Below, piece by piece: positions 10,929-21,215 of a stretch of 64,000 nt of DNA. Below the pieces are notes generated by a model. It saw only the letters and a program-made list of their open reading frames with translations, ran no database searches and was not told where the DNA came from. This DNA comes from Myxine glutinosa (lineage: Eukaryota). Numbering within the stretch: the stretch's first letter is position 1; each line of letters opens with the position of its first letter. The DNA lies in NCBI RefSeq assembly GCF_040869285.1, contig NC_090432.1, one strand, 5' to 3'. Both the position numbers and the translations under genes were made by a program.

Positions 10929-11794
10929 GGGCATTGCCCGCCCATTGTCATCAGGAGGAGGAGTGAGCCAGCCCCGATCAACCAACCAAGAATGAGGGGT
11001 TTGGCCTGAGAGGTCGGAGAGAGAACGATCGAGGAGGTTCGTGAAAGTTCCATGGGCGTGGCTATATAACCCGTTGCGGAGAGCCCCCAAGAGAGAGTTC
11101 AGGGTTCGGCAGAGAGCGGAGAAGAGCTGAGAGTTGTTGAGGAGTTCGGCAGGAGGTTCTGAGTGCTGAGAGAGATGCGCAACCTGCAGAGGTACGAGGG
11201 AGAGACGACGCTGCTTGGAACAGCTCCTGCGCGCGAAGCTCTGACGCGCTGTTGCTTGTGAACCAGATTGCGGTGGAGTCGGCGGCTGCTCACTTCCAGC
11301 CCCGACGTCCCGTGCGGGATCAAGCTCCAGCCCTGTGGTCCCACCTTCCTCTCCTTCCAGCCATTCGTTCCTGCCTTCAAGTTCCCCATTCGTGTGAGTC
11401 TGCCTGCCGTCTGTCCTTTGTGTTGTCCTGGGAATAAGTAAGCCTGTGTAGATAAGCTAGGAATTGCTCTGTGTCCTGCTGCTCCTTCCATTTCCCTGTA
11501 AATTACATTTCTTCGTTCTTCTTTTCTTCCTTTCGTCTTGTGTAAATAATAATAACTATTTGTTCTTCCTACCTTTGCCTTCTTCTTCATGCTCGTCCGA
11601 TCATCCCTGTCTTTTACCCATTGAACACCTGTGGCACGATTTGGCCAATGCTCAGAAATGGGTTAGTCCATGTTAACGGCCTGCGTCACGGCTCGCTTCG
11701 CTCGGCGTAATCCATTAACGCTGCGGCTCGGGTGGAAATTGTCTCCTCGCTTACGGCCGGCCTTAGTACGCAGGTATTTGGGACTTCATTGACT
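10929..11794 (+). repeat. LTR copy B, 5' part; interrupted at 11794/11795 by a LINE insertion
   Basis: Collinear with 3962-4820. TATATAA lies at 11059-11065. Confidence 0.75.
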
Positions 11795-13483
11795 AATGAA
11801 GTCCTCAGCCACCCTCAGATTAATTCCACCCTCAGGAGAGCCAGGAAACAATATCTCACCATTCTCAAGACCGAACTTTCTTATCTGTCTCCCTCTTCCA
11901 AATCCTGGTGGCGTCTGGTCAAATCTGTTTCTGGTGTTTGTTCCCCCTCCATCCCCTCCCTCACCTCAAACGGCTACACGGCTGACTCCCCACGTGAAAA
12001 AGCTGAATGCCTCAACTCTGTGTTTGCCTCTAAATCTTGTGTCCCAAACCCATCCCTCTCTGTACCCACCATACCCAGTCGTACCCAGCTGCTCCTGGAC
12101 TCTGTGTCCTTTCCTCCTGACAAGGTGGAAAAGTTTCTGTCAACCCTCGACTCTGATTCTGCAACTGGTCCTGCCGGCATCAGCCCACGGGTCCTAAAAT
12201 CATGTTCTTCCGCTCTTTCACTCCCTCTCTCTGTTCTCTTTACCCTCTCTTTTGCTCAAGGTCATCTGCCATCTGCATGGAAATCAGCCAACATCACCGC
12301 TTTGCACAAAAAAGGTGCAAAAACAGATCCTAGCAACTACAGACCAATCAGCCTTCTCCCAATTGTCAGCAAAGTCATGGAATCCATCATTGCTTCAGAT
12401 ATGAATTCTTTCCTCTTCTCCAATGGCTTGATCTCTGACCATCAATTTGGTTTCAGACCTGGTCACTCTACTCTGGACATGCTGCTTCTGCTTTCTCAAC
12501 AATGGATGGAGGTCCTCAACGCCAAACAGGAAATTAGAGCTGTCTCCCTTGACATTTCACGTGCCTTCGATACAGTCTGGCACCCCGCTCTGCTCACCAA
12601 ACTCTCCTCCTTTGGTATCCATGGAAATCTCCACGCATGGCTGGCGGACTTCCTCTCTCGTCGTAGTCAACGTGTGGCCCTGAATGGGTTTCTCTCATCT
12701 CCTCTTCCTGTTCAGGCTGGAGTTCCCCAAGGCAGTGTTCTGGGCCCTGTGCTTTTTCTGGTCTTCATCAACGATCTCTCTGACTCTCTTGAAAATCCTC
12801 TCTATCTCATTGCTGACGACTCTACTCTCTGTCGCTCCATTCCTCATCCCTCAGATCGGCAGTCTGCAGCCTCCTCACTCTCTGCAGACCTGGACAAAAT
12901 CACAGACTGGGAAAACAAGTGGAACATGTCTTTCAATCCTGACAAATCTCACACTCTTACGATGTCTCTCCAAAAAGACCGACTGGACAACCCTCCCATC
13001 CACTTTCTGAATAATCCTTTCCAAGAAGTTCTGTCACTCAAGCTTTTGGGTCTCACTATTTGCCATGATCTTTCCTGGGAAAACCACATTTCATATCTGG
13101 CCCCCAAAGCCAGTCGCCGACTGGGCATCCTCCGTCGTGCGAAGTCCTTCCTTTGTACACCTGAGCAGGCTGAGCTCCTCACCACTTACAAGGCTTTCAT
13201 CCGCAGCTCTATGGAATACTGCTCTCCCCTCTGGTCTGGTGCTCCTGCCTCACACCTAGCTCGTCTTCACGCTGTTGAAACCAAAGCGTTCAGAATCAAT
13301 GGAATCTCCCGCGATGAAGCTAACTCCAAGGGCCTTTCACTCACTCACCGCAGGCAGGTTGGTGGTCTTTCCGTCTTCTACCGACTCCTCTCTGGCCTTG
13401 CCCCCCCCAGCTCTCTCTGGGCTCTGTTCCCCAAATATTCCTACAGGTCGCACAAGATCTGCCTGCAACCCTCTTATGGTTAA
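11795..13483 (+). CDS. Reverse transcriptase (ORF2 3' portion) of the CR1/L2-like LINE; endonuclease missing
   Basis: RT motifs as above. The 5' end of the track ORF (11732-11794) is LTR sequence that happens to read in frame. Confidence 0.8.
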   Translation, partial: NEVLSHPQINSTLRRARKQYLTILKTELSYLSPSSKSWWRLVKSVSGVCSPSIPSLTSNGYTADSPREKAECLNSVFASKSCVPNPSLSVPTIPSRTQLLLDSVSFPPDKVEKFLSTLDSDSATGPAGISPRVLKSCSSALSLPLSVLFTLSFAQGHLPSAWKSANITALHKKGAKTDPSNYRPISLLPIVSKVMESIIASDMNSFLFSNGLISDHQFGFRPGHSTLDMLLLLSQQWMEVLNAKQEIRAVSLDISRAFDTVWHPALLTKLSSFGIHGNLHAWLADFLSRRSQRVALNGFLSSPLPVQAGVPQGSVLGPVLFLVFINDLSDSLENPLYLIADDSTLCRSIPHPSDRQSAASSLSADLDKITDWENKWNMSFNPDKSHTLTMSLQKDRLDNPPIHFLNNPFQEVLSLKLLGLTICHDLSWENHISYLAPKASRRLGILRRAKSFLCTPEQAELLTTYKAFIRSSMEYCSPLWSGAPASHLARLHAVETKAFRINGISRDEANSKGLSLTHRRQVGGLSVFYRLLSGLAPPSSLWALFPKYSYRSHKICLQPSYG

Positions 13484-13970
13484 ACTGCCAAAATCAAGAC
13501 TTTCTGCTCACCTTCACTCCTTCATGCCTCTTTTCTCCCACCTCTGAAACAAACTCCCTCATTCTCTTCAATCCCACTCCACCCTCCAGGTCTTTAAAAC
13601 AGCTGTTCACCACCATCTCTTATCTTCCCCCATCCAAAACCTTGATCTTTTCTACCCCCGCTAATTTCACCCAAAATCCTACACTTTTTTTTTTTGAAAT
13701 TCCAACTTCTGTCCTGGAAGTCTTTGGTCCCCTTGTGTTTTATACCTCCCCCCCCCCCCCCTTCCCACGCCTCCTCACCCCAAGCCCTCTCCCTCCCACA
13801 CTTCTCCCTGCGCTCAAATGTTATGTTTGTGTGCTTCCCCTTCTCTCCCCATCTTATTTTCCGCTCCCTCTTTTGATATATTTTGTTTGTCTGGTTGATT
13901 TGTTTGTGAAATAAATGTTAACTCTTTCACGAGCCTCGATTCAGTATGCAAAAAAAAAGAAAAAAAAAAA
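11795..13970 (+). mobile_element. 5'-truncated CR1/L2-like non-LTR retrotransposon nested in LTR B
   Basis: RT domain with FGFRPGHST, SLDISRAFDTV, GVPQGSVLGPVLFLVFINDL and LIADDS (ORF to 13483). The 3' UTR ends in an A-rich tail (13949-13970). LTR sequence resumes at 13971 ('gaccctggct...'). Confidence 0.85.
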
Positions 13971-14094
13971 GACCCTGGCTACTGCCGACCGGGAGTGACG
14001 TCATAGTTTCCAGGACTCACGTCGGTCAGTTACAGACAAGGGGCTAACCCCCCCTTGGTAAGGGGAAAAGGCCGACGTTGAGATCCGTAACAAT
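13971..14094 (+). repeat. LTR copy B, 3' part
   Basis: Identical to 4824-4947 (gaccctggctactgccgaccgggagtgacgtcatag...gatccgtaacaat). Confidence 0.8.
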
Positions 14095-15789
14095 ATGTTT
14101 CTACTACTTTCTTTGCAATTGAAAGCTTTGTCTCAGGACATTTGGGACCTCGAACAAAGCGATTTGTATCAACATCAAAAAGACAATAAGACATGTTATA
14201 GCTGAAGTTGTACAAGATTTTCAATGTTATCATTATGCGGCCTATTCTTATGCATAATACAGAATGAAGCATGATCTTGTAATACTTTTTCATTTAATAT
14301 TCTTAAATGTATATATTATTATCAAGAATTGCCAAAATATAATAGATGTGAATAACATAGTTGATTTTATTTCTACTGAACACACCGACATGAACGAAAA
14401 AAAATTGACCACGTAGAAAATGTTTTGCTTAATTACTGATTTTAAATAGCCAAAATAATTACCAAAATGAATATCAGTCTTTATGAAGGTTAGTATTGGA
14501 CTTCATCTGCAGACATGCTAAAAAAAAGTTTTATCAACATAAGGTTGATAAGAGTATGTTAAACGCTGCAGGAAGCGAGGTGTGGCTGACGTTCTGAATG
14601 TCAGCCATTTATCAGAGCAAAAATGGGAAACTTGGAAATGGTCATAAGTCAAAGGAGACAGATAAAGGTTAGAGGTCAAAGATCAGAGTGATTGAATCCA
14701 AAATCAATAGTCAAAGGTCAAAGAAAACTGCATTGTTGATCGAGGTTTTATAGTGGCAGGCAAAAAAAGGAGTAGAGAGAAGGGGCAGTTTGGTAATAAA
14801 CAACAAAAATAATAGTAATAAAATAAATAAATAGCCCTGAGTGGGCTGACGGTCATTTCTTGAGGTTGTATCAGACCTGTGCTGATTTGGGGGAACCCCA
14901 CTGGGAGCACCCCTGATCTGAAATCGAAAAACTTAAGACCGAGCGATCCTGCGGACCATAGAGTAGAAGGGCTGTATCGGGTCTCAGAGCAATCGGTTGG
15001 TAAATAAGGGACAACTAACAAGTAGGGATCTGAAGTATGGGGTTTAACACCCCCCCCCCCCCCCCCCCCCGACAGCCTCCATGATCTGAAATCTAAAAAT
15101 CAAAGCCTGAGCCATTTTGTGGGCTACTGTCTTCTATTCATGTGTCAAGTTTCAGAACAATTAGCCAGGTGATGAGGGAGAAGTAGCAAAAACAGCAAAA
15201 TACCAGACGGACGGACAACCAGACAGACAGACAGACAGACAGACATCCGGTCATCACGACCCATTTTATAAGTTCATCTCTTCGAGAATCGAGATGAGAT
15301 GACCCAACAAAAAGGGAGCATGGTGGACATGAGAAACCAAGAGGAAAAAAAAAACACAGAAGAGGGAAACAAAAATTACAAAAGGAGGGGGGGGGGGGGG
15401 GGGTGTGGTTGAAAAAAACTCAAACTGTGATGCTAACTCGGTAAATTAAAAACTTTTAGTGCCATTTAGTGCAAATGTGTTGAGTTTAAACATGTCGTTT
15501 GGTTCTTTGCGCCTTTGAATGTCCATAATACCATCACGAAGAGAAATAGTTCAAATGGTTTCGTGGTTGGTGAAGTGCCCGGGGAGATCGAAGTGTTGAG
15601 CTCTTGATGCAGCTCGACACCTCCGAATCTATTTATCAAATCACATTTGCATTTGTATTTTATTCCTAACTTCAATGAATTATAGATGATGACATCACAG
15701 AGATAAATATCAACTAGGTAGCTTTTAGGTCAAAATATTTTTTTTCGGCTTGCAAAACAAAGTATTCACAAAACTCCCATCTGACATAA

Positions 15790-16270
15790 CGAATGCACTC
15801 CACACCTGATTCTTCTCTTGACAAGGCCAAATGTCTCTACTTGGTGTTTGTTTCCAAATCTCACGTACCCGACCCTAACTCCTCTTCACTACCTAATTCA
15901 CTCACACCTGACTACACATTCTACCAATTAATTCCTGGCCTTGCATCCTCTGCTCTATCTGTGTCCCACCCATCCCCTCGCCCCTCGCACCTCACACTCC
16001 ATCCCCCAAGTTTCTCCACGGCATACGGATTCTGCCATCAATCAAGTTATGATAAAACTCCAAATATCCAGGCCTACTGCTCACCTCAGCTCATTTCTTC
16101 CTCTTCTCTCTCACCAGTGGAACAGACTTCCTCCATCTGGTCGATCTAATTCTTCCCTCCAGAACTTCAACATAACCTTTCACCTCCTCCTCAAGTCATC
16201 CCCAATCAACACTCATCTTATCTACTCTCATCAATACTCTTCAAACCCACTCCTTCCTTTCCAGGTTATT
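15790..16270 (+). mobile_element. Internally deleted (SINE-like) derivative of the CR1/L2-like LINE
   Basis: 15793-16020 matches the 11960-12200 region of the full copy (DSSLDKAKCLYLVFVSKSHVPDP ~ DSPREKAECLNSVFASKSCVPNP). 16020-16270 matches 13440-13640. About 1.2 kb of RT is absent. Confidence 0.6.
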
Positions 16271-16289
16271 GTGTCGTCATCCCATCCCT

Positions 16290-16700
16290 AAACCCACCTT
16301 TTCATTTTTATTTTTTATTTTTTATTTTTTTTTGTATACTGAATCGAGGCTCGTGAAAGAGCTAACATTTATTTCACAAACAAATCAACCAGACAAACAA
16401 AACACACAAAAAGAGGGAGCGGAAGACAAGATGGGGAGAGAAGGGGAAGCACACAACCACAACATTTGTTTGTTCCATTGATCTTTAATCCCCAGTTTTC
16501 CCTTCCTGTTCTTTTAGTCCTTTTCTTGTTGTGCTTGTGGTTGTATCCAGCTTGTTCACCCCTTGTGTCCTCCTCCTCCTCCTCCTCCTCTGTCCTACCA
16601 CCCCTCCTCCCCCATTCAAACTTATACTCTCGCTCTTCCCCTCACCCATTTTCCTCCGAGTGTCCTTCTGTCATGACCCTCTACCCTACCCTGCTCTTGG
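16290..16700 (-). mobile_element. 3'-terminal fragment of the same CR1/L2-like family, inverted, with its tail abutting the previous copy
   Basis: The reverse complement of 16325-16470 matches 13830-13950, including 'ttgtttgtctggttgatttgtttgtgaaataaatgtta'. Confidence 0.65.
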
Positions 16701-16802
16701 TGTGTTTCCATGCTTTCCTCCGCGCTCTAGCTGTTCTATTCTGTGTTCTAACTCTTAAATTTGATGACAAAACCTCAAATGGTAAAAAAAAGATATAGTT
16801 TG

Positions 16803-16826
16803 CACACACACACACACACACACAAT
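16803..16826. repeat. (CA)n microsatellite
   Basis: Direct reading. Confidence 0.9.
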
Positions 16827-17046
16827 TGCAAAGCCCCATCACCTGCTGCACGCGCAGACGGGTTGAAAATTGCAAACTCAATTGAACCTGGTTGAATAAA
16901 ACGAGATCGGATTTTAAAACAAAGCGGTAGGAGCATTGACTTTGACAACTCGCTCGATTTGAACAATCCTCCAACACAAATTCCTTACAGGTTGCATTAC
17001 TACTCAATGTGTGGAACGGGTAGGCAGTGTGTGTTGGTCGTTGCAG

Positions 17047-17202
17047 AATGAAGAGAGGAGTGAGGTTCTCCATGAAGTGGATTTGAAACAGCTGCAGATA
17101 AAAAACCAACAGTGTGTGGTGCGGATTGCCGAGCTGAAAAGAGAGCTATTGCGACTGAAAGTGAATGCATCTCAGAAAATGGAAACGCTTACCTGCGTCA
17201 AG
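17047..17202 (+). CDS. CCDC113: Exon of a CCDC113 orthologue (coiled-coil domain-containing 113); acceptor ttgcag|, donor |gtgaca
   Basis: NEERSEVLHEVDLKQLQIKNQQCVVRIAELKRELLRLK matches, from memory, human CCDC113 EEVSEALHDVDFQQLKIENAQFLETIEARNQELTQLK. 52 codons, phase 0. Confidence 0.65.
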
Positions 17203-18095
17203 GTGACAAGAGACAATGTATTCAGATATGTGTTCGAATGTCAATGTTACATAATAAAAACTCAATATACTTAAATGTTCATAAATGTTTGTTTTTAGGG
17301 CCAGTCATAATACATATATATATATATACTGTACACATATTGTTGTGGAAATGACTTATTGGGATTAATATTGCTTGGAATAGTTTGGTTATCTCCCATA
17401 GTAATTTTTAATTGTGGTATTAGACATGCGTCGTTTTATGTTTCGACAAACGTCGTCCATCATTCATAATGTGTGTGTCTGTAATCTCTTTTAATGCTCC
17501 AGTATCTGTAATATTTCATGTGCTTTTATGAGGCCTGTTAGGCTTTGTAGCGACAGTTTAGGCTGGAAGGCAGCATGCCAGTCCTTTTCAGGGAGAGGGC
17601 CGTCCAGGTGAAAAGTGGGGTGGGAGGAGGGTCCTCTTTCCCATTCAACAGGCACCTGGACCAAAAGTGAGCGAGAAGGGGAGGGGCGAAATACGTCACG
17701 GCTGGAGTTTGGGGGCCAACATTATGAAAGTGCATCCAGTGAAGTGCACGAGGCTAATACCCGGACTCAAACTTTTGAGAAGTACGTGCTGAAGCTGCCG
17801 CGTGATGCCAAACAGCCAGCCATGCCCTCTTCTCTTGAGCTGGACCACGGATGGAGCCCGCTTTCCTGCAGAACAGTCGGGACTGGGTTGCTGTTCTTCA
17901 TCGGTTCCTCCTGTGTCCCGACGGCCACTTCAGCCATGGTATTTCTGTCTTGTCTGCCTCTTATGTGTTGCCTATCTCTCATGGAATGACATTGTCGAAC
18001 CGTGGAAACTGAGTCAACTGCAACGCCTGCCAGGATATGAACCAGGTCATTAAGGCAACCACACAGTTGTTAAAAAAAATTTTAAATTATATATG

Positions 18096-18975
18096 CAGTG
18101 CATTCAGAAAGTATTCAGACCCCTTCACTCTTTTCACATTTTGTTATGTTGCAGCCTTATGCTGAAATCGTTTAAATTCATTTTTTTCCCTCATCAATCT
18201 ACACTCAATACCCCATAATGACAAAGAGAAAATAGGATTTTATATAGTTTTGCAAATTTATTAAAAAGAAAAAACTGAAATATCACATTGACATAAGTAT
18301 TCATACCCTTTGCTATAACACTATAATTTAGCTCAGGTTCCTCCCATTTCACTTTATCATCTTTGAGATGTTTCTACACCTTGATTGGAGTCCACCTGTG
18401 GTAAATTCAATTGATTGGACTTGATTTGGAAAGGCACACACCTGTCTATATAAGGTCTCACAGCTGACAATGCATACCACAGCAAAAACCAAGCCATGAG
18501 GTCGAAGGAACTGCCTGCAGAGCTCAGAGACAGGATTGTGTCGAGGCACAGATCTGGGGAAGTCTACAAAAAAAAATTCTGCTGTATTGAAGGTTCCCAA
18601 GAGCACAGCGGCCTCCATAATTCTTAAATGGAAGAAGTTTGGAACAACCAGGGCTCTTCCTAGAGCTGGCCGCCCGGCCAAACTGAGTAATCGGGGAAGA
18701 AGGGCCTTGGTAATAGAGGTGACCAAGAACCCGATGGTCACTTTGGCTGAGCTCCAGAGATCCTGTGTGGAGATGGGAGAAACTTCCAGAAGGACAACCA
18801 TCACTGCAACACTCCACCGATCTGGGCTTTATGCAGAGTGGCAAGACGGAAGCCTCTCCTCAGTGAAAGATACATGAAAGCCTGCTTGGAGTTTGCAAAA
18901 AAAGCACCTAAAGGACTCTCAGACTGTGAGAAACAAGATTCTGTGGTCTGATGAAACCAAGATTGAACTGTTTGG
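18096..18975 (+). mobile_element. Tc1-like DNA transposon, 5' ~880 bp only (left TIR plus transposase N-terminus), 3'-truncated
   Basis: TIR begins CAGTGCATTCAGAAAGTATTCAGACCCC, characteristic of fish/amphibian Tc1-like families. The ORF reads MRSKELPAELRDRIVSRHRSGE...KVPKSTAASIILKWKKFGTTRALPRAGRPAKLSNRGRRALV...HLKDSQTVRNKILWSDETKIELFG (paired-like DNA-binding domain). Confidence 0.85.
18496..18975 (+). pseudogene. Tc1-like transposase N-terminal region with at least two frameshifts, both at poly-A runs (~18567-18575 and ~18897-18903)
   Basis: Three frames must be joined to recover the canonical Tc1 N-terminus. Confidence 0.75.
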
Positions 18976-19055
18976 CTTTTCTATTTTTTGTGGGTGCCTA
19001 AAACACTTCCCTACACCCACAAAGATAATGAAAATTAATCTATATATATAAAACA

Positions 19056-19057
<2 letters not shown>

Positions 19058-19118
<61 letters not shown>
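19058..19118. repeat. (GT)n microsatellite at the outer boundary of inverted-repeat arm A
   Basis: Direct reading. It is mirrored by (CA)n at 23849-23876. Confidence 0.9.
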
Positions 19119-19120
<2 letters not shown>

Positions 19121-20250
19121 GTTACCGATAGACTCCTAAACGGAGAGGCTCACGTGCTTAATATTTGGCATAGACATGGCCATTGAGCCTGGGAAGAACA
19201 TGGCCGACCTAAAAAAAATTCTTTCATAATATTTTTTTACCATATTTTTACCTCAGCGCATTTCAGCGAGGAATATTATGCACGGAATCTGAGGCGGTGG
19301 CAAAGCAGCGCGCTGATTTGCTCAGAGCGATCACGTGATGTTCCTTGCCGCCATAAACTCAGTTACGCGTTCGCACGTATTTCAGAGCGAAAAGCGATTG
19401 CGTTTTTTCACATTTCAGCGAGGAACATTGCCATTCAAACCACATAGGTTTTTTTTCCTTTCATCTTTACGAGATCCATATTTTTTATTCACATTTACCT
19501 CAGCGCATTTCAGCGAGGAATATTATACACGGAATCTGAGCAGGTGGCAGAGCAGCGCGCTGATTCGCTCAGAGCGATCACGTGATGTTCCTTGCCACCA
19601 TAAACTCACAGTTACGCGTTCGCACGTAATTCACACGTTCAAAACAAACGAGATCCGCGAAGCGAGTTGGTCGAGTTGTGCTAACCAAGATGGCGACACG
19701 GCGGCTTCACTTTTCACGGAGTATGAGCGTTCTATATATTTTCAATTCAGTGCGCCCGACTCGCTCACGTACTTGATTTGTGGCATGGACATGGCCATTG
19801 GGCCTTCACGGTGTAATTTGTGCGAGGCTTTTGTCCGAGTGAGCTTGAGTCGAGAGGGCGAATGTACGGGTTGGGAATGTACGGGTGTCCCTTCCCCCGC
19901 CCGGCAACGCCGGTACTAGAGGGCGTCACGGGATCGGTGAGTCTCCAAAATCTGCTTCGTGCTGTTGCGAAGATGCAGGACGATGTCGCGATTGTTGTGC
20001 TCCTCTCCGACCATGAGAACTGCATCGTCATTGTTGACTGGCCCTCCCCTTCCCTCACCCTTCCCCCTCCCCCCTCCATCCTCCCTTCCCCCTCCACCCT
20101 ACCCCCTACCCTTCTCCCCTCCCCCTCCCCTACCCCTCCCCCTCCTCCTCACCCCTCACCCCTTCCCCTTCCCCCCCTCCCCCTCCTCCTTCCCCCTCCC
20201 CCCCTCCCCGTCCCCCTCCCCCCTACCCCCTCCCCCTCCCCCCCTCCTAG
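19119..20250 (+). repeat. Arm A of a large inverted repeat (foldback-like); contains ~250-bp tandem subrepeats and ends in a ~200-bp polypyrimidine (CCCT-rich) tract
   Basis: It is the reverse complement of 22441-23848, for example 19760-19930 versus 22790-23040. Subrepeats are at 19255-19380 and 19503-19630 (gcgcatttcagcgaggaatattat.cacggaatctgag...cacgtgatgttccttgcc). Confidence 0.75.
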
Positions 20251-20269
20251 GTTCTAGAAGGTTCGCGTG

Positions 20270-21215
20270 GCGTACCTATATAAGTCACTGCAAAAGCCCT
20301 TGAACAGGTCTCACAGAGAAAAGGACTTGCTACCGGAGGACCAGCGCTGGAGGACAGAGAGAACTCGCGGGCACACGGTATTGGTGAAAGGACTTATGTG
20401 GGGAGAACTTGACTCGCATCACTCGCTTTGGAGGCATTGAACTGTAACTCGCGCAGTATAATGCACGCGCCCGAGGAGAGGAAGAAGAGGCGTTGAGTAC
20501 ACGGCTGCAACCAGACGCACCGGTGGCGAATAGCGCCTACCTCAGCCAATGCGAGTAAACGCGGCAATAGCCGCCAGTGATCACCGCTAACCGCTGAAGT
20601 CCGCTCCCTACCAAATCGCCCAGTATTAACCCTTGGGCGCCAAACGACACGCGGAGAGCTCCTGCCCCTCTGCTTAACATCTGCACAGGACGAGCTGGAG
20701 ACCGGAGGGAGCTGCACAAGAGCCATCCTTGGACGTGGACCATCATCCTGCAGCTGCAAGCCCCATGTGAGTGTGTCTGTGTGTGAGATGCGCCCGTTTG
20801 TCCTGGGTAGTAAGTTAAGACTGTTTTAAGGCTGCACTGTGTCCCCTTTTTCGGAACCATTGTAAATAGTGTAAATAAACCTGTTCTTCCTTTTCTTCTG
20901 AATTCGACCGCTTTTGTGATTTATCCATTGACTAAGCGTGGCACGAATAAGATCGCTAGAACTGGGGTCACCAACTAAATGGCACGGATCGCGTGTACGC
21001 ACCGCTCGGCGTCTCAACACGCGTGATTCGTGCGGGGCTTATTTCCTCGTTTCAGGGCAGCGCGAGTAATTAGGTAATAGCGAATTCTTGGTCCTAATAC
21101 CCTATTTCGCGCTGTCCGGGAAGGACGTCATCAGTCCCGGGTCCCGTCGGCCAGTCAAAGACAAGGGGACTAATCCCCCCTTGGTAAGGGGAGAAGGCCG
21201 GTGACGAGATCCGCA
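20270..21215 (+). repeat. Solo-LTR-like sequence, a diverged relative of LTR A/B, in the centre of the inverted repeat
   Basis: It has TATATAA at 20276. Its 3' end, gacaaggggactaatcccccccttggtaaggggagaaggccggtgacgagatccgcaacaat, is collinear with the 3' end of LTR A (gacaaggggctaacccccccttggtaaggggaaaaggccgacgttgagatccgtaacaat). Confidence 0.5.

Noticed and set aside
11732-11794. Apparent start codon of the LINE RT ORF inside LTR B
   Set aside because: This is LTR sequence that happens to read in frame; the LINE insertion begins at 11795. The true ORF2 start was lost with the 5' truncation.
19820-20303. Pro-rich ORFs (…PSPSPTPPPPPHPSPLP…) and their mirror at 22401-22934
   Set aside because: They are translations of the polypyrimidine/polypurine tracts at the inner ends of the inverted-repeat arms.
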